Source of the DNA: Balanoglossus misakiensis
Lineage: Eukaryota; Animalia; Hemichordata
NCBI GenBank assembly: GCA_040954595.2
Contig: CM082595.2
Coordinates: 248,001-312,000 of the forward strand
DNA length: 64,000 nucleotides
Reading direction: 5' to 3'
Made by a program: the position numbers and the translations under genes. The first letter of the stretch is position 1; each line of letters opens with the position of its first letter. Positions 27,313 to 41,017 of this stretch are shown piece after piece. Under the pieces are notes generated by a model. The model did no database searches. It was not told the origin of the DNA and saw only the letters and a program-made list of their open reading frames with translations.

Positions 27313-28306
27313 ATGAAGACTCTTCAGTTTGAAACAATGTCTGTTCTGAAATGTCTGGTTGTTGGCGACGGCGCTGTTGGAAAAACTTGTATGTTGATAA
27401 GTTACGCAACGAATAGATTTCCTGTAGACCATATACCGACGGTGTTTGACAATTACGCGGGTAAGTGTACTTTTTTTTGTCGGGGCCAGGGGCTAAGTCG
27501 ATAGTTTAAAGTTTTTTTAACTTTTCCTTATAAACAAGTGCAGTGTTAATGAACTTTTTACTTTGTCCGTGACCATCCAACCCATTGGAACACAACGTAC
27601 TCACCATTTTTAAACACTTTTTTTATGTAGTAATGACGTATCTTTCTCTTTTCCATTTCAGTTTCCATAACAACAGCGGGCACACACCGCACCCTGCATC
27701 TCTTTGACACAGCAGGGCAGGTGAGTAAACATTCTTATGTCACGTTTATTTAGACAAGTCAATTATCAGTTAAGCGATCCCGTGAGCTTATTTTTATGTT
27801 GTTATAACTGTAAACTGTCGGGAATTCCATTAAGAGCTTTTGCTCAGAATATTGTGAGATTGATTGATTATTTATTTATTTATTCACAGGAGGAATATGA
27901 CCGTCTCCGAATTTTATTTTACCCGATGACTGATGTCTTCCTTGTGTGCTTTTCTGTCATGAGTCCGTCATCGTTCGAGAACATCTTCGATAAATGGGTG
28001 CCTGAACTCAGAATGCATAACCCCAACACTCCCTTTTTATTGGTTGGACTGCAAATTGACTCAAGACGAAATGACTATGGCAAGCCGAGTAAGAAAGTAC
28101 ATGAGAAACCAATCACTCATGCGCAAGGTCTTCGGGCCGCCCAAGAACTTGGAGCTGAACTTTATGTTGAATGCTCTGCACTAACACAGGAAGGGTTGAA
28201 AAATGTGTTCGATGAAGCGATCTTATGTTCGCTCAACCCAAGGAAGAAAAAAGACAAATCCAAGAGAAGATGGTTGAGCTGTTTATCGTCTAAAACTTTG
28301 AGCTGA
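27313..28306 (+). CDS. Rho-family small GTPase, Cdc42/RhoQ/RhoU-like, without CAAX box
   Basis: Exons 27313-27460 ([37 protein letters not shown]), 27662-27720 (LHLFDTAGQ), 27890-28306 (EEYDRLR...[24 protein letters not shown]...VGLQID...[20 protein letters not shown]). The start could be 27313 or 27337. Confidence 0.94.
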
Positions 28307-29774
28307 TTCATGGCCTCAGTGATATAACACTCATATACAAAATTGCCAAATTTTCCTTCAAATTTGCCTCACCTCAACACCTGGGCAAGTGCTTAAGTGT
28401 ACTATGATGTGTTGATTTGAAATGGGGCAAAGGATTTGAGGTCTGTAAGTAAACAAAAGTATTTCCGAGTGAAGATGCTGTACACACTCCAAACAGGAGG
28501 GGGGAAAGTCATCATTACTGCTACTTTTTGGTTCTTTTCAGTTTCCTTATGAATACTATTATACTTCATGCATGTCCTGTTTGAGGGGGAATGAGCATTC
28601 TGTGACATAATCCTTACACATTGAGTATTCACACTGTAATATCATATAAGTTATTAAATGCTTTATTTATATGGAAATGTTTGATTAATCATTCATTGTC
28701 GTGTGTCTGCCAAAGCTAAATTGTAGCAACAGAAAATACTCACAACTAATATTATAATATGAAACAGAAAACAAGTTTTCAAAATTGCTGACAGTGACAC
28801 ATAAGAAATGGTATCTCTCGCTCACTGGCAACTTGCCAACTATTCCTGAGTAAGGCATCGATCATGTGATCTGAAACTTCAGAGATAAGTGCTGGATGTA
28901 CAAAACATATCATTTTTTTTCAAAACATATGAGTGTCTTGTTAACTGATTCTTATCTAAAGTATAATATGAAAGTAGTATAACAGCCAATCAGAGGAGTT
29001 CATGGTGTAACCAATAAGATTATCTTTGTCCAATGACCAGCTTTTTTGTGATTGAACAAACAAACAAACAACTTAAGTATTACTTCAGAATTATCCTTAT
29101 AACAACTACCGGTAATATAGCTTGAGATCAAATCCCTGATCATAGAAAACAACATCTATAATTCAACTACGAATTGGTAAAAATGACAAAAATACAGGTC
29201 TGTCACTGAGGTTCCTTCCAAAATAAAAATGAAACACAAAAACACATAATTATTCAATGAACATATGCTAAATGGAATTGTGTTATTAAAACAAAAGGCA
29301 GTCATAGCTGTGTAGACATGTTTTATCTATTCTGAAATTTGCACATTTATAAGTAAATGTCTGGTGACTTTGTGAGCTATTCTAAAATTTGTTTCCATTT
29401 GTACCTCATCACCTTTTAAGTAGGTACTCAATGGTTGGTTGATTATATGCCTAATTATACTGTAGAGACCTGATCAACCAATAGCGATGGCTCTTTGTGG
29501 ATGTTATCTTTGTTGAAGGACTCATTTGTCTTCCCTGCACTTGTTCACTGTACAGCTCTACTGCTCTACCATGGTCTAATAAATCTTCAATGCTCTACCC
29601 ATCTGAGCGGTGAGGTATATGTGGTCGGAGAGTGTCAACTTTGTACGTGTTTCCTCATTGGCTGATTTCAGTCTTGGTAATATGGTAAGCCTTCAACCAA
29701 CCAATAGTACTGGTCCTCTGAAACCTGGCATGTTCTCGGTGGGTCTAGTAAATTAGAATGTCCTCCATTTGCTT

Positions 29775-32700
29775 CTAGAAAGTCGGTTTTCTCCAGTACC
29801 TCAAAGCAAGATAGCCTGCAACCCTGGCAACAACGATGTAACTGATCAAAACAACAAAATCCACCCAAAGTGGGATGTGAACTCCTTCTTCAGTCAGGAT
29901 TGATTCTGAGGAAATGTAAGTCCCGTTGTTTTGACACTCGTCATAGACAGAATACTCCAGGGTACACCTGAAACAGTAACACAGAAAAAAATTGTGATTC
30001 CCACAAAGCTAAAGTAAGATTTAGTCTCTGTTTCTGGTCCTCAATGTTCCTGGAAAATAGGAATGAGAAGACAAATACTTACAGGAACGGTCCATTGTCT
30101 GTAAATTCTATTATCAGCAGTCCATTGTAAGTAAAATAGAGATAGGACAGATACTGCGCCCACTCCAACCACCAGGGAAAAGTGTCCACGTAAAAACCAG
30201 CCAACATCAAACAGCCAAGAATGTAAACTGCTGTGAACGTCAGTGATTTTTCAAAGTCCATCCACATGATTCCAATAGTCTGACCAATGGACTGAAACAA
30301 AAAGAATGTGATGATAGAACCAGAAAAATACATGTCTAGCAATATGAATATCTGTATAAATATTCTTTCATGTTTCATTTAGACTCTAGATTATGTCGAT
30401 TTAACTCAATATATGATTCATGTAACACAATCATTCTCCACAAAATGTGCTGAGCTCCGGAAGATTACAAGTTGGTATTGTCATCTCACCTGTGAAGCAA
30501 TCACATTCAGAATCATCAGCAACCAGAATAAGAAGAATGCAGATGCTGATGGGTTTAACCCTGTTGCCCAGTATACAATTATCGTGGAAACAGTTGGAAG
30601 GAACATCACCAAGGGTAATTCACTCGTGATTTTGGCCAAATAGTAGGCTGATAGTCGATACATTCCAGATGACCTTTCTTTGTTTATAACGGTCTTCTCC
30701 GAGGGAACTGTAAGAAAGAGTTCACAGTGATAAATCTTACATGCATTGTTACAATGTCAAATGAACGAGGAAGATTTGAAGAATTGTGAATGTGCACAAT
30801 TCCTTGGTTAGAATTGGTATGAAACCAATCACTCATTGCTTTAATACAACAACATAAATAAATTTAATATCACATATTTACTTACAGACAAGTAATGCTA
30901 CCAGTGTGATCATGAAAGCCCAATACGGCATGAAAAAGATTATCTGTAAGAGAAATACAACACAGAATTTTAGTTGGCGTTTGCATCACTGATCAACGCA
31001 TTAGAGTACACCCAATCTCATGAGCAAACATTGGTCCAATCCCAAAGAAGCCAATGGTTAGGCTGCAGAAAGCTTACAGCAATTACAATGCTATAACCAT
31101 ACACAAGTTTGTTGATGAGCTAAATACCAAAGGCCATAAAATGCAATCCTTACCAAACCTAATCTCGAAAATATGGCTTCCTCGGTATAATCTAGTTGCC
31201 ACCATATAAGCGATATCACAATTGATGTCACCAGGCATTCTATGTATCTGATTTTTCCAAGAAGTGTTCCCTTGGCTTGTTTGAAACTACGCACAGTCAA
31301 CATCAAGTACTGATCCAGAAATCCTGTCGGCCATTTCTTTTTAGGCTTTTCAGTTGTCTCCTGATCATCTGAAATTCTCACTGCTACTTCATCAATAATG
31401 TCCACATCTTCTGCTGTTGCTATAGGAACAGGTCCATTAGGGGTATCATCACTTGGCAACTGCTCACTGGCAAATGGTTCCCATGATGCTTTAGTGGCAC
31501 TTTCTAGGAGGCGATTTCTTTCTTCCTCGGTTCCTTTCATTTTTTCCACTGAAACAGAAGAATATAATGTAAGACTTTCCAGTAGTTTGACAGCATATAT
31601 GAACAGTAATACTTTTGCCGGCAATAAAACTTCTACAGGGACTAACACAAGAAACATGTTCACTTACTGACAAAGTCTGCAGGGTTGTAATGCGGTGTAC
31701 ACTGAAAACCAATACTGTCAAAATACACGACCATTTCTTCTACTTTTCCAAAATACGCAACCTGAGAAACAATCCAAAGAAATCTAATTTAAAGCTCATT
31801 ATGGTAGCATATGAGAGTAAATACACTTTCCAGAACTGTAAATGTCATTTTTCCTGGATTATTCAAAGACTTTCTGGGAGTGGTTCCAAGTTCTAGGGCT
31901 TTCTTACAACTGTTCATTTGAATCATACTTACACTCCCCTCTTGCAGCAGTAGTACTTTATCAAATAAATGAAAGAGTTGACTAGATGGCTGATGTATCG
32001 ATGTGACAACGGTTTTGTTGGATTTTCTGGCATACTGTTTCAGTGAGGAAACAAGTGTGAATGCTATGCTTGAATCCAGACCTGTTGTGGGTTCCTGGCA
32101 TGAAAAAAAAAGATTAAACTGATAAAATCATGTATGCTTATATTGATGGTGTTTCTGTGTTGTTTGAGAGAGAGATCACCCACTTGTAATTCTCACTACC
32201 TTAAATATGTTTTTGCGTACCAAGGTATGTCTCCTGTGGTTTATAGTATTTTAAGATGACAGATTTCTGCTAAGAACAGAAAAGCCTCATACTCACATCC
32301 AACAGCAATAAACCAGGATCAGTAAGCAGTTCACAGCCTATGTTTGCCCGTTTCTTCTCTCCTCCAGACAGCCCTTTATTTTCAGAACTTCCAATCACTT
32401 CAAAGCAAGATTCAGAAATATTGCAATATTAATCTTGTGTGAATCTTATGATTTGGTTCTGCATAGGCCCCAAATATCACAAATTTTCACACTTTATAAA
32501 TCTATAAATATATTGTACAATAAACTAAATATTTAATTTGTCAATAAGTACTAACAGCACAAAGTCATCTCAACTGAATTTCGACTCAGTGTGATTCTTG
32601 TTAGTGTCTAACGCATTGATCTTTTCAAACACTTACATGTGTTCAGACATTTTCTGAGATCCAACGCATCCACTACCCTGTCAAGTGCTCTCAGTTTTTC

Positions 32701-33582
32701 TTCTTTTGTGATTGATGCTGGTAAACACAACATAGCTGCAAACTAAAACAAAAGCAGTACCAACAAACGTCATATTTTTGAATGGTATATTTTTTTTCTC
32801 GACTTAAAATACAAACATGCATGAGACAAGAATGATGAAGCAACAGATTTCAATTAATTTGTCCAACCGACCTTTAATGTGTCATACAGAGAGAGGTTGT
32901 CAAAGAAAATATCCTCCTGCAAAACGTAACTAATGCCTCGTCTCAGTCGCTTACTGAGAGGCTGTCCGTTCAGCATCACTTCCCCGGATTCTACATCTTT
33001 ATTCCGACCTGCCAGGATATTGAGTAACGTTGTCTTGCCGGACCCTGGTGTTGAATATTGGACATAGAGAGACACAGAGAGAGAGAGAACGAGGTAGACA
33101 GAGAGAGAGACAGAGAGAGAGAGAGAGCTGAATTATCAATAAATCAGATAATAAATTGGGTCGAATAATTCCATCATGTGCGAGCGTGCCGGTGCCAGAG
33201 TGCTCGCAGACAACAGAATCATTTGGTCAAAGAATCTATACAATTATTTCCGGTCTAAGAATCTATACAATTATTTCCGGTCATTCCTGATGTTGTCTGG
33301 TTCTATGAATGCAAAGTCACCCGGCCCCAATTAGTTCAAAGGGCAATGGAGGGTGATGAGTACATCAAGCGTTACGAAATATCTAACTATCAATGGACTG
33401 TCATCACTTGTCTGTATGATAAACTCACCTGATGGACCCAAAAGTGCCAGAACTTCTCCAGGCTTGGCAAGACCACTGACATTCTGCAGAATCTGTTTCC
33501 CGTCTATCTTCAGTGAGATGTTTTTGAAGACAAGTTCAATCCCAGAAACAGGCAGGAGCTCGTCCGTTTCCCACAGAACCAT
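29775..33582 (-). CDS. ABC transporter G-family half transporter (white-like, NBD-TMD order)
   Basis: About 11 exons. Walker A GPSG|SGKTT is split across exons 1 and 2 (33429-33582, ~32872-33045). Also present: YVLQED Q-loop, signature LSGGEKKR and Walker B LLLLD|EPTTGLD (~32297-32397, ~31932-32095), [28 protein letters not shown]. The last exon ends [12 protein letters not shown] at 29775. Confidence 0.95.
33067..33127. repeat. Imperfect (GA)n microsatellite in an ABCG intron
   Basis: Direct reading. Confidence 0.85.
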
Positions 33583-35225
33583 GTTGTGCTATCTACAACA
33601 CAAGACACAACAAATAAGATCCATGACTTACAGAACTAGTCTATCATACCTCATCAATATGAACCTTTAGTTATATTAAGAGAGAGAATTTTCCCAAAAA
33701 TAGTGACAGATGTCTCCTACAAGCGTCAAATCAAGCACGATATTACATGTATATCCATTGTATGCTTTTAGTTAAATTATGACTGATCATGAGGAGGGAC
33801 CGTGGACACAATTTTTAGTTGAATCAGCTTGACACTTGTATCTATTTGCTCTTGTTGAAAAGACAGGAAGTAATGCATCGACTCTATAGTTAATAAATGA
33901 CACATTTTCTTTCAATAAATGCAGCCAGCTGATCAAATGTGAACCCTCTTAACCCATATCCATATGGAGTGGTCGAACTTCACCACAGAAAACAATGGTT
34001 TTGGAGCAAACCATGGTCAGCACATGTGGAGTTCAGACTCTCCCTTAAAAAACCTGCGACTTTAAACCACCTACTTACTGCTACTGTGTAACTTACCTAT
34101 AGGGGTTTGCAAGAAGGGGATAGGACACTTTACACTCGGAGTTACAGGTACAGGTACCAAGATGTGATCGCGTCGAAGGAGACAGCCAGCTTTGAAATAA
34201 GGATGATTGGGTACCGAATGGGGCGTGGATGCCACAGCGTGTAGTTCTACTGCATACAGCAATCAGGTGACCTTAAAAGATGAAGATTGTGCAATACAAA
34301 AACGTTACACCAACATTGTGCAATACCCGTGTCACCACTGTCATTGTTTCCACGCGATCTGAGAAGACACGAAACCGATCTGGATATTAAATCACTTGTA
34401 CCTGTAACTGGGAACTTTTATGGTGAACACCGGCTCAATCATCCTCTCGAAATGCCAGCTGTGTCATCAATTTCACTGCCGACCTCCTTCCGTAATGTCC
34501 CTATCATGCAATATACACATTGTAGTATCCAAGCGCATGCTCAGTACGCATGACTCGGCGAAACTCGGCTATGAGGTCAACAACCTTTTCCATACGAAAG
34601 CAAGACATTCACCGTCGTTCGAGGGCGCTCCCCCACCCAGAGACTGGTTTTGCAATCGAGACTGTATATATTATAGTTCATCATTGATTTCACACTATAT
34701 TTTCAACACACAGCAGAATTCTAAGGCCTGGCATGTTTCATGAATATAACATAATGGTAGAAACAGACACTGCACATTGTTCCACACGAGAATTACTTTA
34801 TTGGAATCATGTTTTGCCACAGCGCATTGTAAATAAAAGTGATACAATTTTAGTTCATGTTTTTTGGACCGTACAAAGTATTTTCAATGGTTTACGTGAA
34901 GCCCAAGAGAAAAGGTAAAAGGAATGAACCAATATTCCATGAGTGATGTAACAGTACGCTAATCTCCTTCAACTTTGAGGTAATAAGTTGGTATTGTCAG
35001 TTTGAAAACATAGTGACACAATCATTTTCGGTAACTTTTCATGACAAGGAATGGAATGATTACGAAAAAAGTATTTAGAAGTTAATCTGTCCCCAAGCTG
35101 CACAATACACCATGAGCCTTTCATCCCCATTTCCAGGTACATGGAATCACCTTAACAACTAGAGATCACTGGATGGACTGAGAGACAAGGGGTGATCAGG
35201 ATATGTGTCTGTTATGTGATGAATG

Positions 35226-38100
35226 TCACTGTTGTAAATGGACCAGCAATACAGTCACATTGTCAGCACTTTTCCTTCTGACGGCTTCACTGGCGATTTT
35301 TCGGCACGCAGTTTCGAACCGCACATCGCTGGCTGTTTTGGTTTCTGTCCTTTGCAGGGATGTGTCCTGAAATCACAGAAAAAGAGCAATGACTGGTAAG
35401 CAACAGGTGTGCGAAAATTTTGACCGCAATTTCCATCTACAGTATATACAATATCTGTAGTAGTTCACTTTCACATCAACGGTGAGTTGCGGACAATGAG
35501 GGCTGATTTCCAGGATCAAAACAGCATGCAAAGGACAATTACGTGCTACACACCTATCAGATCTACTGTCAAGACATATGTAGACTTACCCGTAAAATGT
35601 CATCGATAAAGCTTATTGCCTCTTCTGAAGTGAATGCCTTCCATAGACCATCACATGCCACCACAATGTACCTGTTGCAAGAGAGAAAGTTACTTTAGAT
35701 TTTGTACCCAGCAATAGTTCCTTATACATGTAACTCACCCCCCCCCCCCCCCACTCAAAAAATGTTTCTGGTCCGGCTATGTACTGTTTCAAGTATAACT
35801 TGGTGTAACAGGGTTCATCACCTACCTGTCATTGTTTGTAAGTTGACATCGTTTGACATCTGGAGTGCAGATCACACCACAATGTTTAAATCGACCATCC
35901 CCGATGGAGCGTGATACTTCCATGACTCCCATTACCCGACCTTCCCTGTAATAAATAATGGAACATTCTGTGGCTGTACATCTGCAACAGTCTGAAAGAT
36001 ATACTGTGCTCTTGCCTAAGCACCCCTTGGTGAGTATGAGAACTGTCATGGAAGATTTGACTAAGCACACAGGCCAAGGAACACACCATCTTATTAAAAA
36101 AAGAAAAGAACTGATCATAAACGTATGAGCAGAAACACGAGTTTGATAGACACAGTACCAGCATTAAGAGAAACAGGCTGGTGCTACATACTCTATACTT
36201 GTGAGGCACTTCTCCGATATGATTAATATTCCACTCTGCCTTCATGTTTGGAAGCTTACCGAACATTTCCACCAGCTTTTAGTATTCTTCGCCTTTCATC
36301 CACCTGGTTTGGTGTGTGGGCGTTAGTCAATGGCAGTGCAATCTCCTTTTTGACATCATCGTTATATCGACACAGTATAGCCTGCAGAGTCACACGATTA
36401 AAAGTGAAGCTAAGTTAGTGGAATACAGTCATATCATAAAAGAAAGAATCAATCTATCTTCAATCATTTCTTATTGCTCAAAATATTTATAGATTAGGGG
36501 GAAATAGAAGACAGTTTTTGAACCTTACTATCGCCCAAGTTGGCAATGTACAAGACATCATCCACGACTAGCAAACACACGGCTGTCGAACCATCCTTCC
36601 ATGCCGGTTTGCTGTAACAACAAACATCAAAGATTGCTGATTACGAAAATGACTGACTTTTAAATTAACTGTGCTTTCTTATGAAATATGAAAACATTTC
36701 ATTTTCACAAAGACACAATTAAAAATTTTACAATCAAGCATATACATACCTAGCAGTTGCTTCCTTGAGAAAATTATCATCAGTCTTCTTAAAAGTCTCA
36801 ATGAGGCACTTTTTTATCTCTCTATCCCTGTTGATGACTTCGCCTTTTGGAAATTTAGTGACAAGGTTTTTGTGCAAATTATCGCCAGCATACCTTGATG
36901 CTTTTGAACCACTATGACCATCAAATACAGCATAATATGCAATTCTGGAACTGAATAAATTGGCAGAATATAATTGTGTTAAATGTCTCTGGGTCATACA
37001 GGAGAAATAGTCATACACATGTATAATGAGCTCTTATTAAAGGATACCATCTCTCAGCAAATAGCGACTCACTTACATGCTTGGTGACAGTTTCTGGAAA
37101 TCTTGGGTGAAATCATTAATGATGACATGTGCATCTTGCATTTCATCTCTCTCCCCTTTTCTCTCTGCAACATATCCTTTCATTTGTATAAACGGAAATT
37201 CTGGGAAATTGAAAAAAAGGGGAATTATCACTATCAGACTCCCTTCATCATCGCTACAGACTGAGAGATTTTGTCAACAAGTTGTGGTACCTTATACTCT
37301 ATCACTGCTACCAGTCCTACACGACTGTCAAGGTAGTCTGGAGTATTACATCTTTACATCAACTCAACACCTCTGATGCTAGCAATAAAAATGCACTATC
37401 ACAATTAGTCCTACTGTAATGTAAATTACCACAGCTATCACTATCAGAAATTCTCAGGGAGGACTGCATTACCCATACCTTTCACTGACTTCTTGCATTC
37501 CGGTTCACTCCCACCATCACCATCAGCATCAAGTTTTCTTTTCTCTGACGTTGATGGTGGCAAGTCTTCAAACAGGGAGGAAGTGTTGCTATTATTTACA
37601 CTCAACAAGATTTCTCTGCCAGTCTTTCCACCAGGGCAACCTTGATTGGCCACTGTTTCCAACTTTCCCTTGGATTCTGAATTCTTTTGTAAGTCAGTTG
37701 TTGAGGCTGCTGATGTAAAACATAATTTGAAAGGAAATTTATGCTGCATTTTCATAAAAACAATGTGTGTTTGTAAATGCATTGGTTTATTATAATTTAA
37801 AAACAGGTGCAGGAAAATGACCCATGACATTTGACCCAGGTCACACACTGGCATGGCACTGCAAGCAAATAGACAGACTGTTTATGCTGCGATCAAGCAC
37901 AGTCAAATACATTATGGGTTGTGCACTGTTGCCCTGTTTAAGATAAAGGTTCACACCAGCTACTGTCATTACAATGGTCATGATCAAGAAATGGTAGGAA
38001 TCACATGTTGATTGTTGTCATTGACAACACGTCCCATTTCGTACTGGAGACAGCCATGTCATTTACCTGCTGGTCCCGGAAGGTCATCGAAAAGATCCAT
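35226..38100 (-). CDS. ILKAP: Integrin-linked kinase-associated serine/threonine phosphatase 2C
   Basis: Start MDLFDDLPGP (38100), then AERKGERDEMQDAHVII, YYAVFDGHSG, KPAWKDGSTAVC...YIANLGDSK, GRVMGVMEVSRSIGDGRFKHCGVICTPDVKRCQLTNNDR, YIVVACDGLWKAF, and RKSADNVTVLLVHLQQ* (35226). N-terminus and PP2C motifs match ILKAP as I recall it. Confidence 0.93.
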
Positions 38101-41017
38101 CCTTACTACAGCTATGCAGATGGAGTCAGTGTTTTATAACCTTTGGTACTGTAGAATCCAGGTGGCAAATAATCATTTCTGGGCGTAATTTACTTCATAT
38201 GCACTGGAATCTGCGGTCAGCACATCTTCGCTAAGTCGAAAATGGCGGCTGCTACGGACCTAGACTGCGCATGTCATGAGGTTATTCGACAATCACTGAT
38301 CAGCTCTAAAAAGTTTGGACAGATGATCCGAGGATGTGAAAATAGGACGTTGAGTTCCGGTCACCTAAGGTTCATAAAGGCAGAAAAGTTCACCCTGTCT
38401 CCATGTATCCTATTGTATTTATTACAACCATGTACAAGAACATACAGACTCTGATTCGCCTCAGGAAGGCACCGTGTGAGGGCGTGTTTTGCGTTCCGAG
38501 AATGGAAATTCACAAACGTGGGCCAAAAGTACTAGTATTCGATATTATCGGATACTATAGATAGCATGGTCTAATCGAATAGATCTAGGCTTTTGTCAAT
38601 AGTGTCGCATAAGTTCCAAGTATCAGCTGTGTATTTATGAGTATGAGAATTACTAATTCTTAATGAAACAGATTCATATCATAACTGACAGAATCAATCC
38701 AGATTAGGGAGAAATAGCGGACAGTTTTGGAACATTAGGCCTACTATCGCCCAAGTTGGCAACTATTGTTACAAGCAAGGAGATTCCCCTCAATTACACT
38801 ACCGTCAGAGTTGGCTGGCAACAGCTTATTTGTTTTCAGGGAGTTTGTGGGAAAAACCAGTAGGTAATTCATTTCTGGGCAGTTTTCATTTGTTATATAT
38901 TAAACGGTCTTGGAGCTATTTTTGGAAAACGCTTGTCACCAAAGTGATATAAATTTGAGGTCATGTTGACTTTGCTATCTGATTGGTGGAGGGCGTGGAG
39001 CAATACGTCATTATACGTGATGCCACGATTTCTCGCAGTTGTTCAAGGCGAGAGTTTACTTAGACATGAAGGGTGTCTACTCAATATTGTATATTTGTGA
39101 CCCCTCGTGCAGAAAATAGCCACTCCCTTATAAGTCTACGTCCGCCAAGTGACACTGCAATCGAACTAGATTACAACTAACCTGTTCAAAAGTCACTTGT
39201 ACACAGTGCAGTGCGCATGGCATGAGTCCAACACTAGCCCGGCACACCAAGGTACCGTATGTATGTCTAATATCGATAGTGCGCAACTGGCAAAACTTCA
39301 CCGTTCTCGGAAACCCGGTAAGTTCTTTTCAAAATCCCCTTCGTTTTATCCCAGGTTTCAAGTGAAACACCACAAATTCACTACACTTTCCTAACATTGC
39401 CCGGGAATTCAGGCTTGTAGGCATTACCAGGTCCCTTTTATTTTGAGGGTAAGAAAAAACAACGCGACGACAGACTCTTCTTCAAAATTTCGGCTTTTTC
39501 AGATTGAGTGGTAAACACTAACAGTGACTGGTGGCAACATTTGTGAGACACTGTTCCTTGTTGACGGTCAGAACATCAGTTGCATTGTTTTTGCAACTTT
39601 CGACTGCTGAAGAACTTTGTAAACAAGTCTGTCGTGTTTCATTGGGATCCGCTTTGTTGATATGATGCCAACCATATAGTTCGTAGTAAAGTCTGAGTGT
39701 GTAACAAAACCTAGAACGCCAGTCAGTCAGGGTATACGTACGCCCACGCAAAGACCATAATTTACAGGTGTTTGTGTTCCTAAAACACCGGTAATTTATG
39801 GTACGGCCACGGGTGGGCGTTCTCATTCACTACAAGAAGCATTTCGTGACTGCAGAGTTGCGTAGTGTGAAGGAAGTAATTGACTGGTGTCTTCGTTCGA
39901 AAAAAACAATTAACCATATCGTGGGCAACAAGGTGGAATTTCGCTTATTGTAATGGTAGGGGTAAGTCGAGGCACTTATATTGTTCTGGAGTTGTTTCGG
40001 TTTCACATTTTGAATACAATATTAAAATGGCGGATATTTTCGGTAATTGTTTTTGCTCACTCCTCACAAGAACGTCACACGTCGAACAGTTCTCGCCATG
40101 GTCCAAGGTTCTTTGCAAAGCTGTATTGAAGTCGAGATCAAACCATATTCAACACATCCATGCGGCATGTATAGTTCCACATACTCAACACAGTGTATAG
40201 ATCATGGAGACCAAACTATTTGCTGTCATCTTCCAAATCATGCAAATTGTACATAGTAACACTGGGTCTGTATCTGTTCATAAACAAGGCATAATAAAAG
40301 TATTGCGTTCGATAAATCGCACCCCAGATCTTCTCTAGAGGCCAATGATAGACTGAGACAAATGTTAGAACCGTGGGCACTACAGTGAATTGAAATATCG
40401 ATGATAAATTGATTAGTTTCGGTCCACAGTAGTTGAACTCTGGATGGCAGGAGGTGGTAAACTTCCTTTTGACAGGAAACTTGAGAGTTTCACGACAGGG
40501 GTTGTGTCCCATTACTTTCATCAATCAAATCTGTACAACAAAGTTCGCTCACCCGTACATGCGTGATGTTAACATTTCAGGACAGAAACTAAAGATAGAA
40601 ACAAACATATGTTGAATGTATATCACCTACCCTAGAAAGCACAGTACCTAGTGCCTTATCAGGATCTGTCTATTATCTTTGTTGACTCTAAGCTTATCGA
40701 AACTGATCGATGACCCTTGTACGTACTCGTAATTCTGGTCTGTGATGTGCACACAACAAGGATAACCTTGACTTGGAAAGAGATTACAAGATAATCATAA
40801 CACATCAAGCGAACAAGGACGAAAATTAGAGACAATTAATTTAAATGTATTATGGATTTCATTACGAAAAATAAACATTGATGTATTTATGAGCTTGTTG
40901 TTAGATACGTCATGGTTCGGTTTCGCAGTGTTATAAATGTCGTAAGGTATTGTAACATAACGAGAGGTTTACTATTAATTGGACAGGTCACGATCCGGAC
41001 AGAGTGAATGAAAAGAA

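Noticed and set aside
33229-33282. Two-copy tandem duplication of about 27 bp in an ABCG intron
   Set aside because: Ordinary slippage-type duplication with no sign of function.
38242-38454. ORF starting MAAAT in an AAAATGGCGG context
   Set aside because: No recognisable protein or downstream exons. It is more simply read as a YY1-like motif in the ILKAP promoter region.
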